Source of the DNA: a virus
Virus record (IMG/VR): IMGVR_UViG_3300010151_000008
Coordinates: 28,747 to 92,746 of that record
DNA length: 64,000 nucleotides
Reading direction: 5' to 3' (one strand)
The translations under genes were made by a program, and so were the position numbers. Position 1 is the first letter of the stretch. Each line of letters begins with the position of its first letter. Below the pieces are notes generated by a model. The model saw only the letters and a list, made by a program, of their open reading frames with translations. It did no database searches and was not told the origin of the DNA. This document shows, piece by piece, positions 19,801 through 30,256 of this stretch.

Positions 19801-22800
19801 GAGAACTTACAGTCCAAGGACATGATTTCGGTTCTTTCACAAGAGGAACAAGAGGCTTTTGGGCGTACAACTAGACCTGTTACATTCTATTTTGCATTTG
19901 AGAAGAGCCCCTATCAGGTTATTTCTGAAGAGATGATAAATTATTTTGCGTCTATGCGGGACATGCACACCCTAATAGGTGAACCAGTTAATCGATATAG
20001 AATAGAATATAAGGCTCTCGGCAAGATGCGTCACGCCTTCTTCTTGAATGTAGAGAACGATAGAATTGATTTTGATAAATTTTATGAGTTTTATAAGTGG
20101 TTCGACAGTTCTCTTTCTTTAATGTTACAACAGCTTGTTCCGATTTCAGCCGACGTGGCCGGAAACATCCGAACCATTATTGAAAGCCATATCTTTGAAA
20201 GAAACAAATATCAATCCAAGTTCCCGACCATAGACACTATGGACGCAGATATAGAGGGATCTTTTAATACGATTTTGAATGCTTCTCCCGGCTGGCGCTA
20301 TAATCACCACCCTATTGATGGAGCGGAGAATAAAAACGCCCACTGGTGGAAGACGAGAGCTAGCCGAGAAAAAACCAAGCTTCGCACTGGAAATTACGAA
20401 CTAGACTGGAGAAGGCAGAGAATCTTTGAGGATAGTGATTATGAATATGAACGAGAAATAAAGGTTCCTTATAGATTTGAAGCACGTGCTGGAATACAAC
20501 AGCTATCTCCGCCTCATATTATACATAGCGGCCCTAATTATCACCCCAACAAGAAGTACAATTACGTATTTACAGCCACACGGCCTGCAGGCCCTCTCGT
20601 AGAGGGAACAAATCTGCCGGCCAACATTATGCTCGCATTCGATGAGGATGTAGAACGGTTTGTGGATGTGGTGGATGATTTAGAGTTAACCCCTAAGCGC
20701 CGCATCGGGTGGGGGATCAACGCTAGAATCAACAAGGACTTGTCTGGCAGCGCTACTTACGAATTTGCGAAGGGAAGCCTGCTGGCGCCGTTTAGTTTGT
20801 ACAGTAGCTCCGTTACGACGGGTTATAACAAGCAGGTTGTGGAGAAGTTCACACCCGGCGTAATGATTACCAATTTACATCATGATGTATATGGTGTGAC
20901 TCACGAAGTCCCGCTCCAGGGCCCCTTCCCCGAAACGTATGTTGGCGGCCGAGAACATCGCCATGTTCCTATTAACAAATTCGATTCCTCCAAAACGGGA
21001 CCAAACAATCTAGATTCTCCTGCCGACCGGCCCGAAGGGTTTAAGATCTTGTTAGGCAGCTGCGACGGAATCACTACCACCTCCGGCGCCTTAGGTATCG
21101 TAGATCCTCAGTATCCAGATCCAGATTCGCCAGCAGTTTCTCCGCCTTATCTCTTCGACCGACCTAAGGGCAATATGTCACGTAATGTGGGTACCAAGCG
21201 TCCAGTTAATATACGCAACATTCGGAAGAACTCCCCGGGGAACTATAGCCAGAACTACGATGTTGTGTCGACCAATGCACGATCATCAAATGATCTCTTC
21301 TTTAGAAAGCAGACATTCGATTTCTCTCTTTATCCTCAAAGCCCATACCCTCGGCTGCCGATTGTAGATCGTCACGCAGTACAAAACATCAGAGTTAGAA
21401 ACACAAAAGCCATCTCGATTGACGATAGTCTTAATTATTATGTTTTTACTGCTCCGGCGGCAATGAACACAAATAAGAAAGAAACGTGGTCTTGTTGGCT
21501 GAATTGTACCAATCCCGGTGAGCTTAATTACTTTATATTGGATGTATCTGATCGTTACTTTGTGATCAATGCCGATAACACCTTCACTTTTGCCGCTTAT
21601 TGGACGGGGCCTGTTGATGGGATTTGGCAGACTGATGCGGCGATTACAACCGGCAACGAGTGGGTGCATGTGGCTATAACCTACGATGGTAATTCCAGTA
21701 CAAACCATCCTGTCGTCTATATTAATGGCGAAGCGGTAGCAATAACCCGAACATCCGCGGAGCCAACTGGCGATTTAGAACCCTACTTCGGCGGTATCGG
21801 CATCGGCTATGCCGGCGCCCATGCTTTTGAGGGCTATATATCTGATCTGGCATTTTATAATACTAACTTGCTTGCCGATGAAATTAAGGCGATTTATGGC
21901 AATTCAACGTTAGACCTGATTAATTATGGTCCACCCCGCGTTGCATCCAACCTTATAATGTGGTGGAGAATGGGCGACGGCCCGGGCGATACGGTTGGCA
22001 CCATCATCGACCAGATGGGCACTGTAAATTTGGCTGCCGGAGGTTCTCCTTCTATCGTTAATATAAGCGCTGGCGATTGTTTGGTTACCGCCAACGAAAA
22101 CAACTTCGCTCTGCCTGACAGATCTGGCAAGAACTCTAACCAAACCGTTTTTGTAAATCGTTTTGCCGGCTCGGGCTATGAGGTGATGTCGAGAGGCTAT
22201 ATGGATCCAGCTCATGAAGAGAAGTCTGTATATAACGTTTTGCCGTATCACAACTTATCGATTCTAAACTATGGTTTTCCTGAATCAGCATCAGCAGACC
22301 CCTCCATCGCCACCGCAATAGTGGTTGTAGATCAGATAGGCAAGAACAGAGGAAGAAACCAACGGCTTACTTTACACTGTGGCCAGTTTGGTCACGATGC
22401 GGCATATGGAACAATTCCCGCGGACACCTATGTTACTGTTCCTTCATACCAGAAAACAAACCGAAACCCCCGGTCTCGGATAAAGCAGCTAGCCGACGGC
22501 TCTTATGTGACAGGGGTGGTGTACGATAACGGATGGGTAACCCACCCAATTCCGCGTTCGGCGCGGCAGTATTCTTGGATTACGGCTAGCCTTTCTCCGG
22601 ATGTTGGCACCGAGCTGTTTGGCTATTCGGCCCTAAGCGGCGGATTTGCTCAGAGTTTGCCTTTAATTAGCGCAAGCCAGTTTGGATCTGTCCATTGGGC
22701 CTCGGGGTCGACAGTCCTCCCTAGAACCTTGGGGTATGATCAAAACATCGTGGGCCAAGGCGCCGTACTCTTCGGCGCCCCAGTCACCGCATCTGACTTT

Positions 22801-25800
22801 TATCCCACCACATTTGCCGGCATTAACGGGAATATTTCCGAACCGGTGGACATTTCCTCTCACAATCTGGGGTATCCTCTCGGCACCCCTCTCGTCCCGA
22901 CGGACTTCTCCTCGAAGGAACCCCAATATCGGAATCGTTCTTTTTGTTCGGTCACCAACCTCGCTAGTCTCGCCGGCGCCCCGGTCTTTAACTCCCTCAT
23001 GCTTCACCGCAACGGGCCCTATGGTTGGCCCACGTGGAAACAAATTCGAGCCGGCCAGACTCCGGTTGCAAGACGTCTGAGAAAAAAGAATTTAGTCGTC
23101 GTTAGAAATGAGCCAGAACCATTTACCTACGTATATCCTCAATATTCCTCGGGCGGCGTAACGCTGCCCCGCAACCAAGTTCGAGTGTATCCACTCAAAG
23201 GCAATACCTTCACTTCATACATCGAACAGCCAATAAGCAGTCGACACAAAGCACTAGAGTTTGTATACAATAATCACTCTCGTAGTGCTCCGGGGGTGGA
23301 TAATAATGTTATTGCTAGGGTGTCATGGGCAAACAATTTAGACTATTTCTCCAACGAGGGGCTTAATAATCGACTTAACAAGATCCCAAATGTTACGCTC
23401 AACCAGCCTTATAAGACTCTCGTTAACTTTACTCTAGACGCAGACAAAAACAATTCTGATACATTAGTTCAATATACAGAAAGAATTTATCCTCGCGAGG
23501 TTAACGCCTATCAGAATAGGGTTCGAACCCGAACAGACTATAGCATCTCGGATATATGGGATGATTCCCGGCCCCTTCGCTCGAAAGACGCGGGGGTAGT
23601 AAACTCTCTGGGGTACCCAATCTATTCGGCCAGTGTATGGCATCTAGATGCTCACAATAATTTTACCACTCGTCCAGCATATCCAGAGTACATAAATTCG
23701 GTCTTCGTTGATTCTGCGGGAGAGCTGCAAAATGATTATTGTCGATTTATCAAACATACTCTTCAAGGCTCGGACCAGAGCCAGTGGGCGCGCACATCTC
23801 CAGCGCCGGCTGCCCTATATGCCATGCGTATCCCTATGGGCTCGTCTTCCGGCGGGGAACTGCCGGTCGGTGTTGTCATGCCGGTGTGGGGAGGAGATAC
23901 GTATTGGGATGCTCCCGAGCAAGCTGGGAAGAAACCATATCAAGTATATGAAGAATATGCAGAGTTTATACGCCTAAAGGGCAAAGACCACTCACTGGTG
24001 CCGGAATTTAGAATAAGCGAGCATATTGAAAAATATATTGAAGACGGATCTGACTGGCTTAAAGATATTGATGACTCCTCTCCGGGAATGTTTGAAATAA
24101 CGGGCGCTGCCATCTCTGATAGCGCTCAAACCAATTTCTATAAAGTATATGGCCACACTGACTTCTTAAAATATTTTAAAGTAATAGATGATGATCTCGA
24201 CAATAAAAATATTGGCCAAGGCCTCTCACTTAATCGTCGAGCAATAGAGATAGAGTGCTCAGCTTATCTTAAGTTCCTCCCCTATAAGGGATTTTACCCC
24301 GCAGAGCGGACTAGAGAGTTGGCAAAAATCTTTAACGATTCTTGTGATGATTTTGTTAACAAAGCCGGCTATCCGTCTCCGACCTATGCAGCAGCCGTCG
24401 GCAGCTCCTGCTCCCTCACCCCCCTCACCGAGACTCAAAAAATACTTAAGCGCGCCATTATAGAGCCCCTCTTTGCTCCGGGAATTGTGCATAACACGGT
24501 AAAGTCGGGAATTGCCGTGAGTAGCTTTGTTATAACCAACAGTGCTTCGTGTCCAACCATTGATCTTACTGCTTCATGGCTAGCTAAGCCATTTTCAATC
24601 CTTACCGAATTACCTGAGGGAAATGTTGATTTTGGCGCAGGAGCGAATGGGTGTCTAAACCCTGTTGAAATTCAGACCGGCGGCGGATACGAAGACCAGA
24701 GAGGGTATAAATTTAGACGAATTCCTTTTGAGGCCGCTCTTCGGCCGGGAGAATATCTGAGCAAGTACAATATTTATGATAATGGGCTTCCTCCCTCCGC
24801 GAGTCTTTTAGATCCAGCTGTCATCGGCGCCGCTCTCACCTACAATCGCCTTCATGTTAACTGGAGCGGCGGTGGCTCGGATCTCTATAGATTGGCCTCG
24901 GACAATTATCACTGCGAGGTGGTTAACTTCTTTTCTCCAGGGCTTACAAGTTTTGTTTCAGCTCGCGAAGATGAGTTTTCTGCTATGCAGTCGGGGTCGC
25001 TCTATGCCATGACGCTAAGACTGGGGCGCCCACTCAATGCTGACTTGGTTCCCAATAGATCTTTGTTCGAAATGTACGAGAGGGCTTCCGCTTTTGGCCC
25101 CCCGTTTGCAGGAACTGCTGATACCATTTTATCCTGGGCCGTGTATTCAGCTAGTTTTGATCCGCTAACTCCTCCATACTTTAATGGAGTCGGGGAAGTA
25201 ACAATTTTATATCAAGCAAAATACGATGGAAAACCGGAGCTTGATGATATCTTATCAACTTCGGAATTTATCTATGACCGGTCCCGGGACAATGTGCCTA
25301 TCGTCCCCCCCGGCTTCGAGCCCATCCTCACTGCCGGCTATATATACGGAATGCAGATGGATCAAAGTTATAATTTGGTTGATAAGATAATAGAGGTGCC
25401 GCCCGGAACAGACAGTAATAGGGAGCGTTGGCTTATTCAGAGTAAATTTGAGACTCCGGTGTTAAATTTTGCTGGCGTAAGCCCTCTTACCATCACACAG
25501 CCTGCCACGGGATCTGTTAACCCCGGCGTCACACCTGATGTTATATCCAAGGGTATGTGGCACCAGTATGGCTCAATTCCATCTGGGCGAGAGGCTGTTG
25601 TATCTTCTATCAAGGTTCCCAATTCGCTAGTATCTCCTACTTTCGGCGCGCTCTCTGCTAGCACCCCGGCGGGGCCCGAGTATCATTCGTTGGCCAGCGT
25701 GGTCGGCTTCGACACGACAAATTCTAAGCAATTGGGCCCCCTGCGTACCATGCAGAGAATGGAAGAAGCAATAATAGCTGTACCGTTCACCGTTAAAAGA

Positions 25801-26364
25801 AATCGGCGGAAGTTCTTCCACCCCCGAAAGAGATCGAGCGATTACAAAGAGATTTTAAAAATTCTTGACAAGTATCTGTTACCACCCAAGTTAGACTTTG
25901 TGACCAACGAGGGACTAAAGCCGATACTGTTTTATGCCTTTGAATTCGGGGCGGATCTGTCTCAACAGGACCTAGCGGATATTTGGCAGAATTTGCCTCC
26001 CGATATTGGTCTAAATTTTGAAAGTTCTAAGGCAATTATTCGCGAAGAGAAGATAATTAAAGAGATGTATAATTCTATCGATACACTGCAATGGCTTGTT
26101 TTTAAGGTTAAGAAAAAGGCCGCAAAGGATTATAATAGGTTTGTTAAACAGAACCTGACTGACGATTTAGATTCTGTTACGCCAAATATTGTTTCCAAGT
26201 ACTCCTATAACTGGCCCTACGATTACTGCTCTTTGGTGGAATTAATTAAACTAGATGCCACGGCACAGTATGAAACAGAAACAGAGGGAACATCAGAAGT
26301 GGATCTTTTGATTAGAGCCCACAATCCGGTGATTCCTCCCATAGAACCTCCGGAGATGGGATAA
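16819..26364 (+). CDS. Giant baseplate/tail protein (3181 aa) with LamG/concanavalin-like domains
   Basis: TVEFWLK...WHHYAVT...FYVDG...MDEFRYW; KSKGTEKAFRNLIRCYG (gp7/P2 gpI-like KGT motif); second LamG TWSCWL...WVHVAITYDG...VYING...FEGYISDLAFYN. Confidence 0.75.
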   Translation: MSLKDTYRRQLENLQNISNKSEEQIAAEVESVGYHEQDIIKEERFIPRTDYSRPSAFARYGSATEYYQQSIKRVYSTYPYDGSLKERLEWENDSNYLDLYLFEQRYPRTNGYVILSADGWGTQTATTGGYGMPSSQEYISFIGGPNVNPGGMSPIALQFTGSNYWDPDKNRVSNLQFDLENNGATVEFWLKKDSFDASLTEKEVVFDLWNNELSSSDSYGRFRLELSSSTTPGGEGPLLLTVMSGATGFQWEPVVVGSAFTTASIADGNWHHYAVTVKSASAGVLTKFYVDGALHAENTLGVAGINNIGGALKGHIGALIIGPSGTVGPGTPEESAFAWTGAGKLSASMDEFRYWKTQRSSKDIGRYWISQVGGGTNTDPAPDSHETNLVNTDLGVYFKFNEGITGVESADSTVLDYAGRVSNGAWTGYGENSRNTDSAIVISKAAVKEFKDPIIYSFHPEVVSLKTQLEATGSYHDVRNNTSIYNSIPGWVQEEDDESAGELRKLTQILASYFDTLQLQIDSVNSLKDVVYYGDSQKPLPFANKLLESMGLMTPEMFLDADVLEKLADRSEKHLYEKSLNDIKNTIYQNIYNNLTYIYKSKGTEKAFRNLIRCYGIDDELIKLSLYANNIEYELLDNSRNVVTSKRFVNFNTKDNLGATIYQSSASSDANSVAFIAGSTNLTGGFAFTTEVDVLFPRKAPPGQENYIDTNFITASVFGIHGDASGSEDTTWATPDAVNFQVFAVRDELRSPNVRFVLTGTAGGFMPPTLVSDLYEDTYNNTKWNLAVRIKPEKYPYENWITSSVNGDYIVELRGTNTQDGVVLNTFTLSSSISSPPPAFVSGSRRLFVGAHRQDFTGSLLQRSDVKVGTARSWLTYLDNKTLLEHAQDIHNYGTPNPQWYAFPFHPSASFGEIPQLDTLVLNWNFNQNTGSNASGQFGVADFSSGSTQLATSQYDWLGPILLNQHPGRGDFFPANSIKAIDKDYITNTKQNLPENLQSKDMISVLSQEEQEAFGRTTRPVTFYFAFEKSPYQVISEEMINYFASMRDMHTLIGEPVNRYRIEYKALGKMRHAFFLNVENDRIDFDKFYEFYKWFDSSLSLMLQQLVPISADVAGNIRTIIESHIFERNKYQSKFPTIDTMDADIEGSFNTILNASPGWRYNHHPIDGAENKNAHWWKTRASREKTKLRTGNYELDWRRQRIFEDSDYEYEREIKVPYRFEARAGIQQLSPPHIIHSGPNYHPNKKYNYVFTATRPAGPLVEGTNLPANIMLAFDEDVERFVDVVDDLELTPKRRIGWGINARINKDLSGSATYEFAKGSLLAPFSLYSSSVTTGYNKQVVEKFTPGVMITNLHHDVYGVTHEVPLQGPFPETYVGGREHRHVPINKFDSSKTGPNNLDSPADRPEGFKILLGSCDGITTTSGALGIVDPQYPDPDSPAVSPPYLFDRPKGNMSRNVGTKRPVNIRNIRKNSPGNYSQNYDVVSTNARSSNDLFFRKQTFDFSLYPQSPYPRLPIVDRHAVQNIRVRNTKAISIDDSLNYYVFTAPAAMNTNKKETWSCWLNCTNPGELNYFILDVSDRYFVINADNTFTFAAYWTGPVDGIWQTDAAITTGNEWVHVAITYDGNSSTNHPVVYINGEAVAITRTSAEPTGDLEPYFGGIGIGYAGAHAFEGYISDLAFYNTNLLADEIKAIYGNSTLDLINYGPPRVASNLIMWWRMGDGPGDTVGTIIDQMGTVNLAAGGSPSIVNISAGDCLVTANENNFALPDRSGKNSNQTVFVNRFAGSGYEVMSRGYMDPAHEEKSVYNVLPYHNLSILNYGFPESASADPSIATAIVVVDQIGKNRGRNQRLTLHCGQFGHDAAYGTIPADTYVTVPSYQKTNRNPRSRIKQLADGSYVTGVVYDNGWVTHPIPRSARQYSWITASLSPDVGTELFGYSALSGGFAQSLPLISASQFGSVHWASGSTVLPRTLGYDQNIVGQGAVLFGAPVTASDFYPTTFAGINGNISEPVDISSHNLGYPLGTPLVPTDFSSKEPQYRNRSFCSVTNLASLAGAPVFNSLMLHRNGPYGWPTWKQIRAGQTPVARRLRKKNLVVVRNEPEPFTYVYPQYSSGGVTLPRNQVRVYPLKGNTFTSYIEQPISSRHKALEFVYNNHSRSAPGVDNNVIARVSWANNLDYFSNEGLNNRLNKIPNVTLNQPYKTLVNFTLDADKNNSDTLVQYTERIYPREVNAYQNRVRTRTDYSISDIWDDSRPLRSKDAGVVNSLGYPIYSASVWHLDAHNNFTTRPAYPEYINSVFVDSAGELQNDYCRFIKHTLQGSDQSQWARTSPAPAALYAMRIPMGSSSGGELPVGVVMPVWGGDTYWDAPEQAGKKPYQVYEEYAEFIRLKGKDHSLVPEFRISEHIEKYIEDGSDWLKDIDDSSPGMFEITGAAISDSAQTNFYKVYGHTDFLKYFKVIDDDLDNKNIGQGLSLNRRAIEIECSAYLKFLPYKGFYPAERTRELAKIFNDSCDDFVNKAGYPSPTYAAAVGSSCSLTPLTETQKILKRAIIEPLFAPGIVHNTVKSGIAVSSFVITNSASCPTIDLTASWLAKPFSILTELPEGNVDFGAGANGCLNPVEIQTGGGYEDQRGYKFRRIPFEAALRPGEYLSKYNIYDNGLPPSASLLDPAVIGAALTYNRLHVNWSGGGSDLYRLASDNYHCEVVNFFSPGLTSFVSAREDEFSAMQSGSLYAMTLRLGRPLNADLVPNRSLFEMYERASAFGPPFAGTADTILSWAVYSASFDPLTPPYFNGVGEVTILYQAKYDGKPELDDILSTSEFIYDRSRDNVPIVPPGFEPILTAGYIYGMQMDQSYNLVDKIIEVPPGTDSNRERWLIQSKFETPVLNFAGVSPLTITQPATGSVNPGVTPDVISKGMWHQYGSIPSGREAVVSSIKVPNSLVSPTFGALSASTPAGPEYHSLASVVGFDTTNSKQLGPLRTMQRMEEAIIAVPFTVKRNRRKFFHPRKRSSDYKEILKILDKYLLPPKLDFVTNEGLKPILFYAFEFGADLSQQDLADIWQNLPPDIGLNFESSKAIIREEKIIKEMYNSIDTLQWLVFKVKKKAAKDYNRFVKQNLTDDLDSVTPNIVSKYSYNWPYDYCSLVELIKLDATAQYETETEGTSEVDLLIRAHNPVIPPIEPPEMG

Positions 26365-26366
26365 AG

Positions 26367-27341
26367 ATGGTAGCTTTTTTTAACAAGAAAGAGGATGTAA
26401 TTGATCTCCAACTCACCGGGTACGGGAAGCTTCTTTTGGCTCAGGGTACATTTAAACCTTCGTATTATGCTTTCTTTGACGATGATATATTGTATGATTC
26501 AGAGTGCGGAGGGTTTGCGGAGATTCAAAATAATGCAGAAGTGAGAATCCAAGAAGAGACTCCATCCTGCAAGGTGGTGGCCAACATCGTAGGCGCCGAA
26601 ACTCGTGTGAATGCTTTCGTTGAGGGGGTTGCTTCGAATTTAAACATTATTAACACTGTGCCATCCGATGACCCCAATATAGCCTTTGCTTTTAATCAGC
26701 AGCAGCTGTTCGAAGAAAAAGTAGATCTTTTATACGATCCTCTCGGGAATAGCGCGCTATCGTCCGATAAAGCCCCCGCCTGGAAAGTGACGGCGCTCCA
26801 TAACGAGATCGACAGTACTACGGTTACAACGCTAAGCACTGCCGGCCGTCTCCCGGACCATTCTGGGCGTGGCATAGTACAAAATATACCTCAAATTAAT
26901 ATAGAAATAGATTATGAAACTTTTTTCAGTGAGGGTCCCCCGACTGTCGCCACAGTTAGCCCTCTTCTTAACGATACTTTATATCTGTCGGTCAATAGAG
27001 ACTATTTAGTAATAGAGGTGTTGGAAGAAAATACTGATTTCCTTAAAGAGAACTTCGATATAGAGGTGTTTTATTCTGGAACCTTGGCCACGACCCTAAC
27101 ACCACCAACGTCAGAGAATATTCAAATGTCATTTATGGAAGCATACAGCGAGGCCTTCCCGCAGCCGGTGACCGCCGAAGTTCAAACTCCGAATGTGGAA
27201 TATTATATGGATGTCCTTTTAGATGATGAATTGCCTTCGGGGGTGGTAAACGAGCTGAATCTGCCAAACACTCGTACTTCGTCCGGACGCCTCCGGCTCA
27301 ATATGAATCTTTACAAGACTCCCGATGAGGGGTGCTGTTAA
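26367..27341 (+). CDS. Baseplate/tail-collar-like protein
   Basis: N-terminal LTGYGKLLLAQG...YAFFDDDILYD, paralogous to 34245. Confidence 0.55.
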   Translation: MVAFFNKKEDVIDLQLTGYGKLLLAQGTFKPSYYAFFDDDILYDSECGGFAEIQNNAEVRIQEETPSCKVVANIVGAETRVNAFVEGVASNLNIINTVPSDDPNIAFAFNQQQLFEEKVDLLYDPLGNSALSSDKAPAWKVTALHNEIDSTTVTTLSTAGRLPDHSGRGIVQNIPQINIEIDYETFFSEGPPTVATVSPLLNDTLYLSVNRDYLVIEVLEENTDFLKENFDIEVFYSGTLATTLTPPTSENIQMSFMEAYSEAFPQPVTAEVQTPNVEYYMDVLLDDELPSGVVNELNLPNTRTSSGRLRLNMNLYKTPDEGCC

Positions 27342-30256
27342 TGGTGGCCATAAGCCCATATTCCCTAAACGGTATCTTTCCTGAAATTTTCGTAGAGAAA
27401 ATATTTTTAGAGCCTCCCTCCGACAATCTGGAGAGCGCTAAATTAGATATTCGAATTAATTTTTCTTTACAAAGAGCGAAACAGAAGACCCCATGGTATT
27501 TGGATGATGGATTAAAGGGTCGCCTTAAAATATTTGTATGCTTCGTAGCGGATGAAAAGCTGGCGAGGAAGCTGACTGTTCCGAGAAGGCTCCGTCGCGA
27601 AATGCTAAGTACAAAATTTAATCCGGCCTTAATCAAAACTCATATTGGCATGGAAAAAGCTATCGTACCCCCCTATGCGGAAGTTTCGAGCGACTCCACT
27701 CAGATTTTAGATTCGAAGAATGCCTATGCGGTTGAAAGTTTACGCTATAGTATTAAAACATCTATAAAGAAGAACGCCAACTATCTCTCTTGCATACTAA
27801 TACCTTATCTGACATCGCCGCAGTCTTCGGTCCCCTCGGGTGTGTCCCCCGATGCTCCAATCCAAATGGGCAATATGTGTATCGAGGGAATTTTTAATCA
27901 GAAAGAGGTTCTATCGAATAGTTTTATTTTTACACTTACTGAGGGGATGGATAACTTTGGCAAAGCGGGCGAAGTATGGATCGGCCCCGTGCATTATAAT
28001 CACACCATGGGTTTTATGGCCGGCCCATCTCATACCGAGACGAGCCACCCTTCTTTAAAAGCACAGCTGGTAGCCAATAAAAAAATTCTAGACTTAAGAT
28101 TCCAAAAACACTTTAGAGGATCTCTGATCAATGCTCAAAACAATGAGATAGCAGGCGCCATCAACGAGGCGATTTCATCGAAGCTGCTTAAGCGAGAAAA
28201 AGACAGCAACATAAACTATTTTTCACCACTGTGTATGTCCCGCAATAAAAACAATACCACAGATTTAATACTGGGGTTTAATATAGTCCAGGCAGTTGAA
28301 AACTTAACTAGATATCCGTATCTGTATCATACAGCCGCAGAACTTAGATCTGCCATCATTTTAAATGACGTCGAAGTTTATCGCAAGAGGGTTACAAACC
28401 CATCTGTGGGGAATCGCCTGACACCTTCTCCAATTTTTAATCGGCCTATAGAAACAGATCAGCCCGACGAACTGGTTGGCAGTATATCGAACGGCAAATT
28501 AAAAGTTTTGAATTATTCAGTAGACGAAAAAATAATGCATTTTGTAGTACGTGATGAAGGGATGCAAGCTATAGCTGAGGGTGAATATCAATATGGTATC
28601 AGTATTAAGTTTACCGACAATACGACTGTCAAGTTAAGGTCCGCACTGAAGGCTATGAGAAGGAGCCTACAAGGATATAAAAAATATGTACAGTTGGCCC
28701 AAGACCCCAACGTTTATGATTTTCCTACCAATCAGTTTAAGCAAAGGTATATAACAAAGTTATACAGTGACTCTAAAGCGTGGTCGGATTTAGTAAATAA
28801 ATACATTGCCATAGTTTTGTTGGTCTTCGGTAGATCGGCTTTTGTTCAGTATAGTATTCCGAGATGGCAAAGAAATCTACTCAACATGACTGATCCTCGA
28901 TCAGCTAGTATCGAATCTATTCTAGAGTTTGAGGGGTTTGCTATAAGCTTGGTAGAGAAGCTGTCATCCATCACGGGGAAAGCGGCCATAAGTAATGCGG
29001 ACGAACAGCCAGACGTTGGTTCCAGGGTGAGGTCTAGTGGACCTTCTGGAGCGCTATTGGAAATTAAGCACGATTTTATGACCCCGTATGAAGCAAAAGA
29101 TAAAAACGATCGCGGCGTGAGATACTTCAACTCCAGAGAGAACTCATCCGAACTTCTAAATATCAGTTATTCAGACTGGGCCCGAAGAGTACAGCGTGAG
29201 TCGACAATGTTTTCTTCTACTTCCCCCCAGGCTAGGTCAATACAGAGGAACGGCTTTTTAACCCCCTATGCACTAGAAACACCAAATCAGAGTATCGGCG
29301 TACGTCAAAACATGAATTCTGAAGATTCGTTGGCGATCCTGAATGCTAAATTAAACCCATACAGAGAAGATTTCGGGCCTAGAAATTTAGGACCCAGCGT
29401 AATCATGGCTCTGAAACAACAGCTGATGGGGTATAGAGGAGTAAGTATTGAGGGTCTTAAACAAAATATAGCAGAATATAAGGATCGATCTAGCAAAAAA
29501 ATTGATTTATATGATAGTGCAAATGTGGTGGGAGAAAGATCTCATTTTGTTCCAGACGAAGACCACATGGACAGTGTTAGCGGAAGTCATATAGCAGTGT
29601 GGACGGGTACGAATAGTATAGAAGAATCTGTTCTTAATTCAGATTTAGCTACTGATATATTAAATGAAATTAGTTTAAATTTTATGCCTCTAGAAGCTAC
29701 GTCATTAGACCAGATAGCGGGTTCGTATGCGGCACAAAAACTAAGACAGGCGCCTGAAATTGTACAAGAGTCTAACGCATTCGAATTCAATGTAAATTAT
29801 AACACAGAAGCGGTAGTTCAAGTTTTGAGTGGTTACCGGGAGATTGACGGCGAATCATATGTAATAGCTCCACAGTGGACATCTTTGGGGACCACCTCTT
29901 TGGAATCGTTAGCGAAGGGCGGTTTTTTGGTGTGCCGGCTGCGCCGCGTGAACACTATCACCGGTCAACAAAATGCTTATGAGTTGCCGGTGTATAATGA
30001 ATATTTTATTTTAGGAGAGCCGCCGTCTCTTTCATCTAATTTGCCATCACCAGGATTTTCTACCAATATCCATTCTTACGCGACCGTTCTGCAAGACGAG
30101 ATGAGCCGAGCAACTATTAATCGAGGTAATCAAGAATTACCAATTGCATACTTAAAATCGACCGCAATGATTAGTTTGAACGCTCCGGCAATAAAGCGCC
30201 GAGCTAAAGCCAGATCTCTTCAAAAAACATCTCGGGGAGTAGTTACTAGAAAATGA
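27341..30256 (+). CDS. Hypothetical virion protein
   Basis: Long ORF in the structural operon; TAATG coupling at 27339-27343 (track start 27332). Confidence 0.7.
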   Translation: MVAISPYSLNGIFPEIFVEKIFLEPPSDNLESAKLDIRINFSLQRAKQKTPWYLDDGLKGRLKIFVCFVADEKLARKLTVPRRLRREMLSTKFNPALIKTHIGMEKAIVPPYAEVSSDSTQILDSKNAYAVESLRYSIKTSIKKNANYLSCILIPYLTSPQSSVPSGVSPDAPIQMGNMCIEGIFNQKEVLSNSFIFTLTEGMDNFGKAGEVWIGPVHYNHTMGFMAGPSHTETSHPSLKAQLVANKKILDLRFQKHFRGSLINAQNNEIAGAINEAISSKLLKREKDSNINYFSPLCMSRNKNNTTDLILGFNIVQAVENLTRYPYLYHTAAELRSAIILNDVEVYRKRVTNPSVGNRLTPSPIFNRPIETDQPDELVGSISNGKLKVLNYSVDEKIMHFVVRDEGMQAIAEGEYQYGISIKFTDNTTVKLRSALKAMRRSLQGYKKYVQLAQDPNVYDFPTNQFKQRYITKLYSDSKAWSDLVNKYIAIVLLVFGRSAFVQYSIPRWQRNLLNMTDPRSASIESILEFEGFAISLVEKLSSITGKAAISNADEQPDVGSRVRSSGPSGALLEIKHDFMTPYEAKDKNDRGVRYFNSRENSSELLNISYSDWARRVQRESTMFSSTSPQARSIQRNGFLTPYALETPNQSIGVRQNMNSEDSLAILNAKLNPYREDFGPRNLGPSVIMALKQQLMGYRGVSIEGLKQNIAEYKDRSSKKIDLYDSANVVGERSHFVPDEDHMDSVSGSHIAVWTGTNSIEESVLNSDLATDILNEISLNFMPLEATSLDQIAGSYAAQKLRQAPEIVQESNAFEFNVNYNTEAVVQVLSGYREIDGESYVIAPQWTSLGTTSLESLAKGGFLVCRLRRVNTITGQQNAYELPVYNEYFILGEPPSLSSNLPSPGFSTNIHSYATVLQDEMSRATINRGNQELPIAYLKSTAMISLNAPAIKRRAKARSLQKTSRGVVTRK

